Under the pieces are notes generated by a model, which worked only from the letters and a program-made list of their open reading frames with translations, searched no databases and was not told the DNA's origin. The position numbers and the translations under genes were made by a program. A stretch of 64,000 bases of DNA from Escherichia phage ECP2301. Shown in pieces: positions 19,152-28,010 of this stretch (its first letter is position 1; each line of letters opens with the position of its first letter). The DNA lies in sequence record OR880646.1, one strand, 5' to 3'.

Positions 19152-20165
19152 TCATTTATAATAACTTCGATGGTTTTCAAGATAAACCCTCTCAAGGAAG
19201 TCATCCCAGAAACCCATGTCTACTTTTTGCTGCATACCGTTCTTAGAAGCTTCAATGGATGCTGCTTCTACTTGATCGACCACATCTTCCAAAAACTCTT
19301 GAACAGTTTTAAATGGATGTTTACCCAACTTCACGTCAAGAATAAATGGAGCGTCTTGAAGTGGATAGACTAAGTCACCAGTTTTGTAAATTTCCAATAG
19401 TTGGAGTCCACCACGGCAAGCATGACTCAGAGCTTTCCAGTCAATGCCCTCATTCGCTTCAGCCTTACGAGCACGTTCGCCGTATTCAGCATCAAGTTTA
19501 TTCAAAGACTGCTTAAGCTCAATAAGAGAAAGCGTTGTTTGATATTTACGACCCAGCACAGTGTAGAACGTTTGTGGACCTGTTTTCTCATGATTATGGA
19601 ATACCCATTCACAGAATTCGTTCTCTGGAAGACGATGCTTAATATCTTCAACTTTAGTTCGACGCTGCTTAATGGAACCGTCTTCTTGGTAATCAACCCA
19701 TTGCTCAGGGATTTGATTAACTACTTTCAATACATCACGTAATGCGGCCAAACGAGAACCCTTGACGCCGTATTTAGAAGCTTGCTTGCGAACATATCCT
19801 AAATAGGATTTCATGTTAGTCGTATAAAAACGAGAACGGTTGTCTTGAATAAACTTCCATACATCAGGCAAATCAGATTTAACTACCAGTTCAGGTGGAG
19901 TGTGGAGCATATCCAATGCTACAGTTTCACCATCTGCTGCTAATTTAAAGAAATACTTAAGACTGTATAGTTCATGGTCAATATCATCTTTAGTGTTTTT
20001 AGATGATGTGTTGTTAGTGTTTTTACTCATATGCTCTTTAACATTTCCTATAAGAATATCACGAGCAGGAGGAACAAAGATTTCTTTAAAATCTACATCA
20101 GATTCTGGAGTAGAAGTTCCATAAAGATGACTACCAAAATAGCTTTTCATTACTGTTTTCATCAT
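19152..20165 (-). CDS. Pol-beta-superfamily nucleotidyltransferase (resembles the 'predicted nucleotidyltransferase' family associated with RNA-repair loci)
   Basis: 337 aa; N-terminal FGSHLYGTSTPESDVDFKEIFVPP fits GSx(9-13)DxD NTase motif; helical C-terminal domain. Confidence 0.6.
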   Translation of the reverse strand: MMKTVMKSYFGSHLYGTSTPESDVDFKEIFVPPARDILIGNVKEHMSKNTNNTSSKNTKDDIDHELYSLKYFFKLAADGETVALDMLHTPPELVVKSDLPDVWKFIQDNRSRFYTTNMKSYLGYVRKQASKYGVKGSRLAALRDVLKVVNQIPEQWVDYQEDGSIKQRRTKVEDIKHRLPENEFCEWVFHNHEKTGPQTFYTVLGRKYQTTLSLIELKQSLNKLDAEYGERARKAEANEGIDWKALSHACRGGLQLLEIYKTGDLVYPLQDAPFILDVKLGKHPFKTVQEFLEDVVDQVEAASIEASKNGMQQKVDMGFWDDFLERVYLENHRSYYK

Positions 20166-20623
20166 TCAGCCTTATATTCAATAACAGGACATACTTTAGC
20201 TTTACGCGCTTTTAAAAATTCGACGATAATAGATTTCTTGGGTTGAATAGGAGGTAAACCTTTATACGCCCTATCAATATTTTCTACATGTAAAGCATAA
20301 TCCTTTTTCCATTTATAATCTTTATATTTTTCATGCAGTTGTGCAGGAATAACAAATGAACCAATAATAAGTAAAACAAGCAAAATGGCAAGTATAAATG
20401 CTGATGGAATAAGAGTCCATAAACTACCAAAAATAAGCCATTTCTGTATGATTTCTGCGCAGATAATAGTTAGACCTGCGAGCATAGTACATCCGAATAA
20501 AGAAACGAAAAATGTAGGGATAACAATAGACCAAAAATACGCGCACAGTGTCTTAGGTCGTTTCCATTCGTCGTTAAACATTTTGAATAATTTATAATGC
20601 CAAGAGTTTTCATTAATAATCAT
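20162..20623 (-). CDS. integral membrane protein (3-4 TM helices)
   Basis: 153 aa with several long hydrophobic stretches. Confidence 0.6.
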   Translation of the reverse strand: MIINENSWHYKLFKMFNDEWKRPKTLCAYFWSIVIPTFFVSLFGCTMLAGLTIICAEIIQKWLIFGSLWTLIPSAFILAILLVLLIIGSFVIPAQLHEKYKDYKWKKDYALHVENIDRAYKGLPPIQPKKSIIVEFLKARKAKVCPVIEYKAE

Positions 20624-20625
20624 AA

Positions 20626-21147
20626 TTATCCTTTCATTGAAGGTGTAACAGTTGTTAAATACTTAATCATAGCTTCAGCTTCTGATTTTGATAATGAAAT
20701 TTCTCCATTGTTTTGACGAATAGAAATAAAATCCGGATGACGGTCACCACCAGCTTTTAAAATACACATATAAGTATCAGTTTCATCTTCAATATCTGAA
20801 ATAATTGAAGCAGTTCCACATGAATGTGGTTTTTGATAAATCAATGCAGCTTTTCTTCCACCGTTTGACTGTTCATAAACTTTTAACACATCAAACAAAT
20901 CGCTTCTTTTATCAATAGCTAAGATGTTGTTTTCATCTTCAATGTTAAATCCTTCGGATACTTCATAAAGTGTCACCCATAAATCGCCAATATCAATGAC
21001 AGCATTCACCTTTCCATGATTTTCAAGAGCATTACAAATTTTCTTAATTTCATCATAACTCATTTTAATAATATCATCTCCTTGAATAAGGAAGATGTCA
21101 TTTTTAAATTCAACACGAATTAAACCACTTCCACTTGAAATAAACAT
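20626..21147 (-). CDS. hypothetical protein, tandem paralogue A
   Basis: 173 aa; shares GFNIE motif and C-terminal KYLTTVTPSMKG tail with next ORF. Confidence 0.6.
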   Translation of the reverse strand: MFISSGSGLIRVEFKNDIFLIQGDDIIKMSYDEIKKICNALENHGKVNAVIDIGDLWVTLYEVSEGFNIEDENNILAIDKRSDLFDVLKVYEQSNGGRKAALIYQKPHSCGTASIISDIEDETDTYMCILKAGGDRHPDFISIRQNNGEISLSKSEAEAMIKYLTTVTPSMKG

Positions 21148-21153
21148 ATTTCC

Positions 21154-21711
21154 TCACTTTGAAATCATAGTTGGAATGACAGAATCAAGATAAGTCTTTA
21201 GCGCAATAGCTTCGTCTTTGGTAAATGTGACAATATGCGATCGAAAATCATCAATTTGACGAATAGTTAAGACATCACCATCTTCATAGCATTTTGATAC
21301 GTTTAAAACAGTTTCATCATTCTGATTGCAAGCGTTAGTAATAATAGCATTGCAATTTTTGAGCCATTTTAAACTATGTTTTCTTTCATTAGAATAATAA
21401 AAATATTTAATCTTATCTATAAAACTATCCCAATGAATAACTGATAAACATATTGACTCGCTTTCAATATTAAATCCTGGGCATGAAGAATAAAAATGAA
21501 TTTTATGCTCATCATTAATGCTTACAATTTTATCAGTATAAGGATTTTCAATTTGGGTTAAATGAATGATTTCACTAGGCGTAAAATACATCATATCATC
21601 TTCTTGCGTCAAACGATACATATTATTTACTTTTTCTATAGCTAATTCACCAAAAAGTGAACTAACTTCTAATACTAATCGTTTCATATTGATTCTCTTC
21701 GACTCACTCAC
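21154..21711 (-). CDS. hypothetical protein, tandem paralogue B
   Basis: 185 aa; GFNIESES and C-terminal KTYLDSVIPTMISK resemble previous ORF. Confidence 0.6.
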   Translation of the reverse strand: MSESKRINMKRLVLEVSSLFGELAIEKVNNMYRLTQEDDMMYFTPSEIIHLTQIENPYTDKIVSINDEHKIHFYSSCPGFNIESESICLSVIHWDSFIDKIKYFYYSNERKHSLKWLKNCNAIITNACNQNDETVLNVSKCYEDGDVLTIRQIDDFRSHIVTFTKDEAIALKTYLDSVIPTMISK

Positions 21712-21844
21712 AATTACATACTCCTTTGAATAATATCAATAATGTTGTTCACCAGATTATAAGTAAACATTGGGTAATTATATTGAATCATCACATACAC
21801 AACAAACAAAACTTTCATTCTCTTCTCCTTGGCAGTTGACAAGA

Positions 21845-21880
21845 TTACTATATCATAACCTTGCCAACTTGTAAACCATT
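21845..21880 (-). promoter_or_regulatory. early promoter (GTTTACa -35, TGaTATAGT -10)
   Basis: Minus strand GTTTACaagttggcaaggttaTGaTATAGTaatc. Confidence 0.45.
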
Positions 21881-22051
21881 AAATGACGTTTTCAATAAAA
21901 TTCTGAAGCTTTGTGTGAGCATCAACCATGATTTTCATTTCTTCCTTTGCGAAAGCTGTACCTCTTTCTCGAGCAGAATACTCATAGTCAGAAACTGCAT
22001 TAGCATATTCTTCAATTAGCTTCATTAAAAACATCTGCTTTTCAGTTTTCA
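21878..22051 (-). CDS. small hypothetical protein (not in ORF track, <60 aa)
   Basis: Hand-translated 57-aa ORF MKTEKQMFLMKLIEEYANAVSDYEYSARERG... Confidence 0.3.
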
Positions 22052-22236
22052 TTATTCCACCTAATCATTTCAAGATATTGAACTAACTTAGCTTTGGATT
22101 TATCCAAATCCTTTTTAGCTGCTTCTATACCATCGTATGAGTATCCTTCACAATGCTCAACTGCCAATTGGTATGAATCTATTTCAATATCACGTGCTAA
22201 TTTAATGATTTTTTCAAACTGTTCACGTGTTAACAT
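22042..22236 (-). CDS. small hypothetical protein
   Basis: 64-aa ORF. Confidence 0.45.
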   Translation of the reverse strand: MLTREQFEKIIKLARDIEIDSYQLAVEHCEGYSYDGIEAAKKDLDKSKAKLVQYLEMIRWNNEN

Positions 22237-22238
22237 AC

Positions 22239-22478
22239 TTAAACTCTCGTATTATGATCGATAATTTCATCAAGAAACATATCTAAAGCTTCTACAGCAT
22301 TATCAACTTTAGCTTCAAGTTCTTCGGCACCTTTATTTGCAATGCCTGACGAAAACCAAGCAAAGTCACTAAGTTCCTCATCTGCTTTGCGAATTAAAGC
22401 TACCAATTCTTTAATTTTATCTGCTTGTTCAATGCTAATCATTATTCCACCACATATGAAAGAGAAAATATTGCACAC
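22239..22478 (-). CDS. small hypothetical acidic protein
   Basis: 79-aa ORF. Confidence 0.45.
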   Translation of the reverse strand: MCNIFSFICGGIMISIEQADKIKELVALIRKADEELSDFAWFSSGIANKGAEELEAKVDNAVEALDMFLDEIIDHNTRV

Positions 22479-22630
22479 GCCATATGAGTTGCAGCTTCAT
22501 CACACATACTATAGCGTTTCTTAAGAAATTCTACGAGTTCTTCACTAGTAACTTCATCCATGTCAACGAAAAAATCACCATTAATGATGACGTAGATATT
22601 TCCTTCTTGATTGAGTGCTTCAATTTTCAT
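22442..22630 (-). CDS. small hypothetical protein
   Basis: Start moved to [10 protein letters not shown] (SD GGAG); ORF-track extension covers promoter. Confidence 0.45.
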   Translation of the reverse strand: MKIEALNQEGNIYVIINGDFFVDMDEVTSEELVEFLKKRYSMCDEAATHMACAIFSLSYVVE

Positions 22631-22654
22631 GATGTTCTCCTCTTTATCCGATGG

Positions 22655-22690
22655 TTGTATAGTATCACAGCTCAAATGGAAAGTAAACCG
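22655..22690 (-). promoter_or_regulatory. early promoter, TACTAT variant
   Basis: Minus strand GTTTACtttccatttgagctgTGaTACTATacaacc. Confidence 0.5.
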
Positions 22691-22699
22691 GTAAAATGA

Positions 22700-22725
22700 A
22701 AAAAGTCTCCCGAAGGAGACTAATG
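22700..22725 (-). terminator. intrinsic terminator (GUCUCC-UUCG-GGAGAC + U6)
   Basis: Plus aaaaaagtctcccgaaggagac directly after stop of 22726-23112 gene. Confidence 0.6.
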
Positions 22726-23112
22726 TTATTCGAGGGAAAGAAGATATTTACTCTGGTAAAACATCCCAGTAATATCATCTATCGTGCTTTGAATGGCTGG
22801 AGGCATTTCTTTATAAATGCTGTTAGATTGGTCTAGTATGCGATCAATCATTTTAATTGTGTCGGTAGGAAGTTTACTGGCATCTGGAATAGAAGGCGTG
22901 TATTTTCTACCAGAATACCCCAAATATTGCTCACCAAATTTATCAATCAAATCTGGCAACTCAGAGAAAATAAAATCGTATGCTTTGTGTCTAGCATAAC
23001 TTTTAGTTTCAAAATGTGCAGAATGAAAATAAGCTTGTGCAGCCATTAATAAACCTAAGTATTCATCTGCCTTTGAAGGTTTTCCACTTTGTGAAAAGTC
23101 GCTGAATTTCAT
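22726..23112 (-). CDS. hypothetical protein
   Basis: 128-aa ORF downstream of rI. Confidence 0.5.
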   Translation of the reverse strand: MKFSDFSQSGKPSKADEYLGLLMAAQAYFHSAHFETKSYARHKAYDFIFSELPDLIDKFGEQYLGYSGRKYTPSIPDASKLPTDTIKMIDRILDQSNSIYKEMPPAIQSTIDDITGMFYQSKYLLSLE

Positions 23113-23402
23113 TCAGTCTCCAATTTAATGTTCATAATTCTAGCGTATGATTGTGCCATCTCCGCGCCTCGCTCTATACATTCAAAATCGGAAGAGCACG
23201 GGTCATTTTTATAAGTCGTTCGCATAAAACTATAGAACTGTTCAGATGATTCTACGCTTTTATTTTCAAAAAGCATATAAACGTGTCTAATACCAGATTC
23301 CATAAATTTATCAAAATGAGGATCGACATTCGCTTCAATCGGTGGAGATAAAGCAAACGCTAATCCTAGCATGGCAAATAGTGCCGTTGCTTTTAAGGCC
23401 AT
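23109..23402 (-). CDS. rI: lysis-inhibition regulator rI (periplasmic, N-terminal signal/anchor)
   Basis: 97 aa, MALKATALFAMLGLAFALSPPIEA signal-like N-terminus; size and position next to tk as T4 rI. Confidence 0.75.
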   Translation of the reverse strand: MALKATALFAMLGLAFALSPPIEANVDPHFDKFMESGIRHVYMLFENKSVESSEQFYSFMRTTYKNDPCSSDFECIERGAEMAQSYARIMNIKLETE

Positions 23403-23414
23403 AAAGGCCTCCTA

Positions 23415-23627
23415 TCATTTTTGTCCTGTATTTACTTTATGCCGATGCACGGCCTTAACTTTATCAAGGTATTTTTCAAAATTTCGCAATCTAGTATAGT
23501 CTGCCGGAGATTGGTTGAGTGATACTTCTCGACGCAAAGCTGAAATGATATTTCCAACTTCCCTACGAATTTCATCTAATTGAAGAACAGTAAGATTGCG
23601 AAGTTGCTTTTCAGTTAATTGTAGCAT
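23415..23627 (-). CDS. small basic protein
   Basis: 70-aa ORF with SD, preceded by late promoter. Confidence 0.5.
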
Positions 23628-23652
23628 ATATACCCCTTTAGTTAGATAAACC

Positions 23653-23660
23653 TATTTATA
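23653..23660 (-). promoter_or_regulatory. late promoter (TATAAATA) on minus strand
   Basis: Plus tatttata = minus TATAAATA about 25 nt upstream of start at 23627. Confidence 0.5.
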
Positions 23661-23669
23661 ACTTTTGCA

Positions 23670-24251
23670 CTAACCGAGCTTTTTAGTTAATTCATTCCAA
23701 TGTTTTCTACACAAAGAAACATAAATTTCATCACCAATACAGATTTGATTACCTTCTTTAACTGGTGTTCCATCTTCCATTAATCGAGCTGTCATAATAG
23801 CTTTTTTACCACAATGACAAACTGCTTTTAGTTCAATAAGTTTATCTGCAATCGCCAAAAGTTCTTTAGAACCTTCAAATAATTTTCCAGCGAAATCAGT
23901 CCTTAGCCCATAAGCCATAACAGGAACATTATATGTATCAACAATTCGGCTTAATTGATGCACCTGTTCAGTTTTTAAAAACTGGGCTTCATCTACAAAT
24001 ACACAATGAATATCTTTTTGTGCTTCAGCCCATTTATAGAACTCAAAAATATCCATATCATCCGTAATAATATTCGCTTCCTGTTTAATTCCAATGCGAG
24101 AAACGACTTCACAGACAGAATCGCGAGTATCAATAGCAGGCTTAAGAACTAATACACCCATTCCGCGTTCTTTATAATTATGCGCAGCAGTCAAAAGAGA
24201 AGCAGATTTTCCAGCATTCATTGCTGCATAAGTAAAAATTAAACTCGCCAT
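23670..24251 (-). CDS. tk: thymidine kinase
   Basis: 193 aa; P-loop AMNAGKS, C-terminal zinc motif CHCG...C; matches T4 tk length. Confidence 0.9.
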   Translation of the reverse strand: MASLIFTYAAMNAGKSASLLTAAHNYKERGMGVLVLKPAIDTRDSVCEVVSRIGIKQEANIITDDMDIFEFYKWAEAQKDIHCVFVDEAQFLKTEQVHQLSRIVDTYNVPVMAYGLRTDFAGKLFEGSKELLAIADKLIELKAVCHCGKKAIMTARLMEDGTPVKEGNQICIGDEIYVSLCRKHWNELTKKLG

Positions 24252-24260
24252 ATCACCTTC

Positions 24261-24446
24261 TTAAAGCGTATTCACATAAGCTATTAATTCGTTTTCTTTC
24301 TTATCAAACCGATCAGCAAATTCTTCCTGTTGTTCGGGAGATAGCGGGCCGTATTCATCATAAAAGGTGTTTGCTTCTGTATGCTCATCTAGAAGTTCAT
24401 GGATAAGCTCAAACAATTTATCTTTTTGTTCTTTACTCAGACTCAT
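24261..24446 (-). CDS. small acidic protein
   Basis: 61-aa ORF. Confidence 0.4.
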   Translation of the reverse strand: MSLSKEQKDKLFELIHELLDEHTEANTFYDEYGPLSPEQQEEFADRFDKKENELIAYVNTL

Positions 24447-24612
24447 ATATTAATTTCCAGGAGTTTTAAAATAATTCGCTTTTGCTTAAATATTTCCATG
24501 GTTAAATGACCAGTATCTTTTTGACCGATTCCAATGGCAAAACCTTTATTGACAGCGAATTCAATTAAATTATCAAGCTCACGTAACACTTCATATTGTA
24601 ACTCAAAACTAT

Positions 24613-24840
24613 TCATTTTGGTTTACCTTCTTTAACGAAATCAGGATAAGGATAAAATCCTGAATAAAATCCTTCACCTTTATGATTGATGCATCCTTTA
24701 TTAGAACAATAGCACCAATAATCGAAATCACAAGCCATTTCATCATTACATAAAGCAAAAACAACCGGCCATTCACACTTTTCGCAGTGGGCATTTTTAA
24801 GAATACTAGTTTGGCTCATAACCATGTAACCTTTAAGCAA
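24613..24840 (-). CDS. small Cys-rich protein (possible zinc binding)
   Basis: 75 aa with HCEKCEW and CYCSNKGC clusters. Confidence 0.45.
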   Translation of the reverse strand: MLKGYMVMSQTSILKNAHCEKCEWPVVFALCNDEMACDFDYWCYCSNKGCINHKGEGFYSGFYPYPDFVKEGKPK

Positions 24841-25028
24841 TATTCTTCTACGTGCTGTTTACGACCTTTCTTATCTATAAAGGTATATTCAACGAATGTT
24901 CCAATATAGTCTTTATCTACATCATGCGGACTATTAATTGGACATTTAGTACGGCAAATGCGTTCCCATTGACGAATAATTTCCACTTTGTTTTTAGGAT
25001 CAAACGGATGCGGGTAATGTACTTTCAT
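24816..25028 (-). CDS. small hypothetical protein
   Basis: 70-aa ORF. Confidence 0.4.
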   Translation of the reverse strand: MKVHYPHPFDPKNKVEIIRQWERICRTKCPINSPHDVDKDYIGTFVEYTFIDKKGRKQHVEEYCLKVTWL

Positions 25029-25479
25029 AATCCACCACTATTAAATCAATATCAGGAGTAAACATGTCGATTAATTTAGAAACCTTATCCCAATCGCCGC
25101 CAGCAATACCGCAACCTATGCGTGGAATGTAAATTACTGGTTTAAACAAAAGGGTTTCTGCCTGTAGATTTAATTCTATCATGCAGTTTACTAAAGCACC
25201 ATAATCAAGATTAGGACCCGGTTCATATTGCGTATACAGGTTATAGCATATACCAAATCCTGTAGGATTATGTTTAAAAACAATAGACATATCGCCTAAT
25301 TTATCACGAGAACCGTACTCGGTAGTGGTTTTATCTATTTCCAAAATTTTAGGATAGGCTCTTGCTAATTGACCTGCTACGCCAGAGCCCATTGTGTGGA
25401 AGCAATTACACCCGTGCGCAATAATATTACCTTGAAGAAATAGGGCGACAATATCGCCCTTGATATATTTTACAATCAT
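25000..25479 (-). CDS. macro-domain-like protein (ADP-ribose binding/processing fold, tentative)
   Basis: 159 aa; Gly-rich motifs HGCNCFHTMGSGVAGQ and RIGCGIAGG reminiscent of macrodomain phosphate-binding loops. Confidence 0.45.
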   Translation of the reverse strand: MIVKYIKGDIVALFLQGNIIAHGCNCFHTMGSGVAGQLARAYPKILEIDKTTTEYGSRDKLGDMSIVFKHNPTGFGICYNLYTQYEPGPNLDYGALVNCMIELNLQAETLLFKPVIYIPRIGCGIAGGDWDKVSKLIDMFTPDIDLIVVDYESTLPASV

Positions 25480-25817
25480 CTAGTACTCAATCCTCGATTA
25501 TAAGAATCTACTAAACGGTCAACCATTGAATGACAAGCGGCTTTATCTTTCTCCTCCGCAACTGAACATTCTAAGGTATTCCACTTTTTAGCATATCGTT
25601 TTAACAATGTATCATTTTTGTATCTGCTTGATTTATCTCTTTCTCCGTCTTTATATGCATATATTAATTTCTGCGCAAATTCAGCTTGGCATGCTTTATT
25701 TTTCCCACAATAATCCGCGGCAGTACGGTTTACATACTCTCTAATTTCAGTATATGATGTATCTGCTAACGCAGAAAATGAAATTAATCCTATACATAAA
25801 ACCAAAATTTTAGTCAT
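25476..25817 (-). CDS. secreted/periplasmic small Cys-containing protein
   Basis: 113 aa; signal peptide MTKILVLCIGLISFSALA; 4 Cys. Confidence 0.55.
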   Translation of the reverse strand: MTKILVLCIGLISFSALADTSYTEIREYVNRTAADYCGKNKACQAEFAQKLIYAYKDGERDKSSRYKNDTLLKRYAKKWNTLECSVAEEKDKAACHSMVDRLVDSYNRGLSTR

Positions 25818-26355
25818 TTACTATTTCCAAAAGTTTATTATTTTTAAGGTAATTAGCCTTTTCTAGGACTTCAGAAGCATATTTAGAACCTGCTTTAACA
25901 TTCCATCCCGAATTATAAGAGGATATTGCTTTTCTTATATCGCCCTTATGTATATTTAACCAATAAGAAAGTTCAATGTACGCCCAGGAAGCTGAATTGG
26001 ACCGTTTATTCAACATTCTTTTTATTTCAGCATCGGTCATATTATAACCAAGTTCCTTAACTCTTGCTCGCATGGTCGGCAAATAATTTTGGAACATTCC
26101 ATAGGCATGATGCTTTGGTTTAGATTTTAAATTAACTCCGGCAGAGCTTTCTTGCCATAAAATAGCAGCCATTATATGGCCCAATCCGCTCTTGTGGATA
26201 TTTTTGTGTGTTTTATATTTTCCATCCTTAGAAAATTGTTCCCCGAATTGATATGCGTAACGCATGTTATCGAGTTGGACATTACTGAAAGTATGCTCGG
26301 AGCTATGTGCCATCATTGAAATGGCCAATAGACCAGCGAGTAGTGCTTTTCTCAT
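25810..26355 (-). CDS. periplasmic lytic transglycosylase-like protein (SLT domain; T4 vs.1-like)
   Basis: 181 aa; signal peptide; SLT motifs WQESSAG, YGMFQ, SYNSG. Confidence 0.7.
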   Translation of the reverse strand: MRKALLAGLLAISMMAHSSEHTFSNVQLDNMRYAYQFGEQFSKDGKYKTHKNIHKSGLGHIMAAILWQESSAGVNLKSKPKHHAYGMFQNYLPTMRARVKELGYNMTDAEIKRMLNKRSNSASWAYIELSYWLNIHKGDIRKAISSYNSGWNVKAGSKYASEVLEKANYLKNNKLLEIVND

Positions 26356-26362
26356 GCTTACC

Positions 26363-26824
26363 TCATTGAGTTTTAATTACTGCTTTAGAAGCCTTTCCTG
26401 GTAAACGACGACTGTTGATAATTGCCATCCTACATTGAAGCGACGGGTCTTTGAATTTCGCATTAGGTTTACAAACTGTAAATCCAAGCCAAAGATTTCC
26501 ATCTGTGATTTCTAAACGTCCAGGGCGATATTCAACCCCATCAATAAAATCCTCGTCAATGTCAGGACGCGGAGGCATACTCAGGAATTCATTAACTTCT
26601 AAAACATGGTCTTTTATTTTGTGGAATAATTCAAAAACATATGTCTCATCAATCTCCCGTTGAATTGCACGATCAAGAAGATGCTGAGAATATTTTAGAT
26701 GAAACGATGAGACCCCTGCTGCTTTTGATGCCTCACGAATCTCATTGTTAATTTGACGAAACTCCGACTCAAAGTGACGACGAAGCTTATTTCGACGGAT
26801 AAAAACTTCTGTGTTGATAGTCAT
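26363..26824 (-). CDS. regB: site-specific RNA endonuclease RegB
   Basis: 153 aa, MTINTEVFIRRNKLRRHF...; size and position as T4 regB. Confidence 0.85.
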   Translation of the reverse strand: MTINTEVFIRRNKLRRHFESEFRQINNEIREASKAAGVSSFHLKYSQHLLDRAIQREIDETYVFELFHKIKDHVLEVNEFLSMPPRPDIDEDFIDGVEYRPGRLEITDGNLWLGFTVCKPNAKFKDPSLQCRMAIINSRRLPGKASKAVIKTQ

Positions 26825-26849
26825 GTTATTCTCCTCTTAACTGATAGAA

Positions 26850-26885
26850 AAATTATACCACAGTCAAGAGGAAAAGTAAACAGTT
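26850..26885 (-). promoter_or_regulatory. early promoter for regB (GTTTAC -35, TGgTATAAT -10)
   Basis: Minus strand GTTTACttttcctcttgacTGTGGTATAATttttc. Confidence 0.65.
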
Positions 26886-27204
26886 ATTCTTTAAATCTAA
26901 TCAATTTATTCATAGACTTTGAAACTTCTGCACGGACCTCATGTAGGTTTTTAAGCTGTTCAAGACGTTGCTCATAGTAAGCAATTTCATCTTCTTCTAG
27001 ACAGTCCTGTGAATCTTCTTTAAGATAACGTGCATAGTCCTGGAAAGCTTTACGGACTACTTCCTGGAAGTCATCAAGACTTTGAATTTTCTTAGGAGCA
27101 ACAGATACACGACGGTCTGCTGCATAATAATGAGTACCAAAACCTGATAGCAATTGTGCCATTAATATTTTTCCTCTGGTTGGAACACAGCACGACAAGC
27201 CCAC
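26884..27204 (-). CDS. hypothetical protein
   Basis: 106-aa ORF. Confidence 0.5.
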   Translation of the reverse strand: MGLSCCVPTRGKILMAQLLSGFGTHYYAADRRVSVAPKKIQSLDDFQEVVRKAFQDYARYLKEDSQDCLEEDEIAYYEQRLEQLKNLHEVRAEVSKSMNKLIRFKE

Positions 27205-27464
27205 ATACTGGCTTCTTTGAGTTTCGTTTTAGCAATAGTTAACTGATCGAGGCTTTCAGCATAATTCTTCGCGAATTCACAGTCTTCACAATTATCCAGT
27301 GCTTCCCAAAATTCATCGTATAAAGCGTCAAAGATAAGTCCTAAACGAACTTCAGCATCTTTGATAGCATTCACTTTACCGATTTTCTCTTCAGTATGTG
27401 GCTTATAACCTTTAATATCTTCAATCATATTTGACTTCCTCACCAGTACATAAATCATATTCAA
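27162..27464 (-). CDS. hypothetical acidic protein
   Basis: 100-aa ORF. Confidence 0.5.
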   Translation of the reverse strand: MNMIYVLVRKSNMIEDIKGYKPHTEEKIGKVNAIKDAEVRLGLIFDALYDEFWEALDNCEDCEFAKNYAESLDQLTIAKTKLKEASMWACRAVFQPEEKY

Positions 27465-27642
27465 CTAAACGAATAGGTTCATGAATGCCATATCCTTGAA
27501 CAGAAATTTCTGTCGTAGGATAAATTCCATCAATATCACCCATGGTCCACGCTTCATTAAATTGCTGTTCGCCTGAATTACTAAACCACTCGGCGAAAGC
27601 ATTTAACACATCTTTAGAACCTTCAATAATTATCTTTGCCAT
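27421..27642 (-). CDS. small hypothetical protein
   Basis: 73-aa ORF. Confidence 0.45.
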   Translation of the reverse strand: MAKIIIEGSKDVLNAFAEWFSNSGEQQFNEAWTMGDIDGIYPTTEISVQGYGIHEPIRLVEYDLCTGEEVKYD

Positions 27643-28004
27643 TACAGACTCTCAGTAAAGGTACGAGCGATAACGTCGCGCTGCTGTTCCGGAGTCAGAG
27701 AGTTAAAGCGAACTGCATAACCGGATACACGGATGGTCAGCTGCGGATATTTTTCCGGATGCTTAACTGCATCTTCAAGAGTTTCACGACGCAGAACGTT
27801 TACGTTCAAGTGTTGACCACCTTCAATTTTAACTGTAGGCTGTGGTTCAATTTCAATTTCACGGGCATGCAAACCGTAGAAAATTTCTGGGTCTACAAAA
27901 GAGTCCTCTTTAAAGGTTTTAGAAACAATAATTCGTGCTTGAATACCATCTTCAAAATAAATAGTACCTTTATGTGTGCCTTCAAGAATTTGATATGCTT
28001 TCAT
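27642..28004 (-). CDS. autonomous glycyl-radical cofactor (GrcA/YfiD-like; T4 Y06I-like)
   Basis: 120 aa; C-terminal [59 protein letters not shown] carries glycyl-radical signature RVSGYAV and is near-identical to E. coli GrcA as recalled. Confidence 0.85.
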   Translation of the reverse strand: MKAYQILEGTHKGTIYFEDGIQARIIVSKTFKEDSFVDPEIFYGLHAREIEIEPQPTVKIEGGQHLNVNVLRRETLEDAVKHPEKYPQLTIRVSGYAVRFNSLTPEQQRDVIARTFTESL

Positions 28005-28010
28005 ATAACC

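Noticed and set aside
18068-19204. Shared N-terminal peptide (FFTKRFT...GTIQLSTDT) in the ORF-track proteins at 18068-19204 and 33847-34230, suggesting a common N-terminal domain
   Set aside because: The shared residues are the translation of the conserved promoter/leader repeat upstream of the true start codons. Both genes have SD-preceded internal ATGs (19036 and 34110), so this is an ORF-calling artefact.
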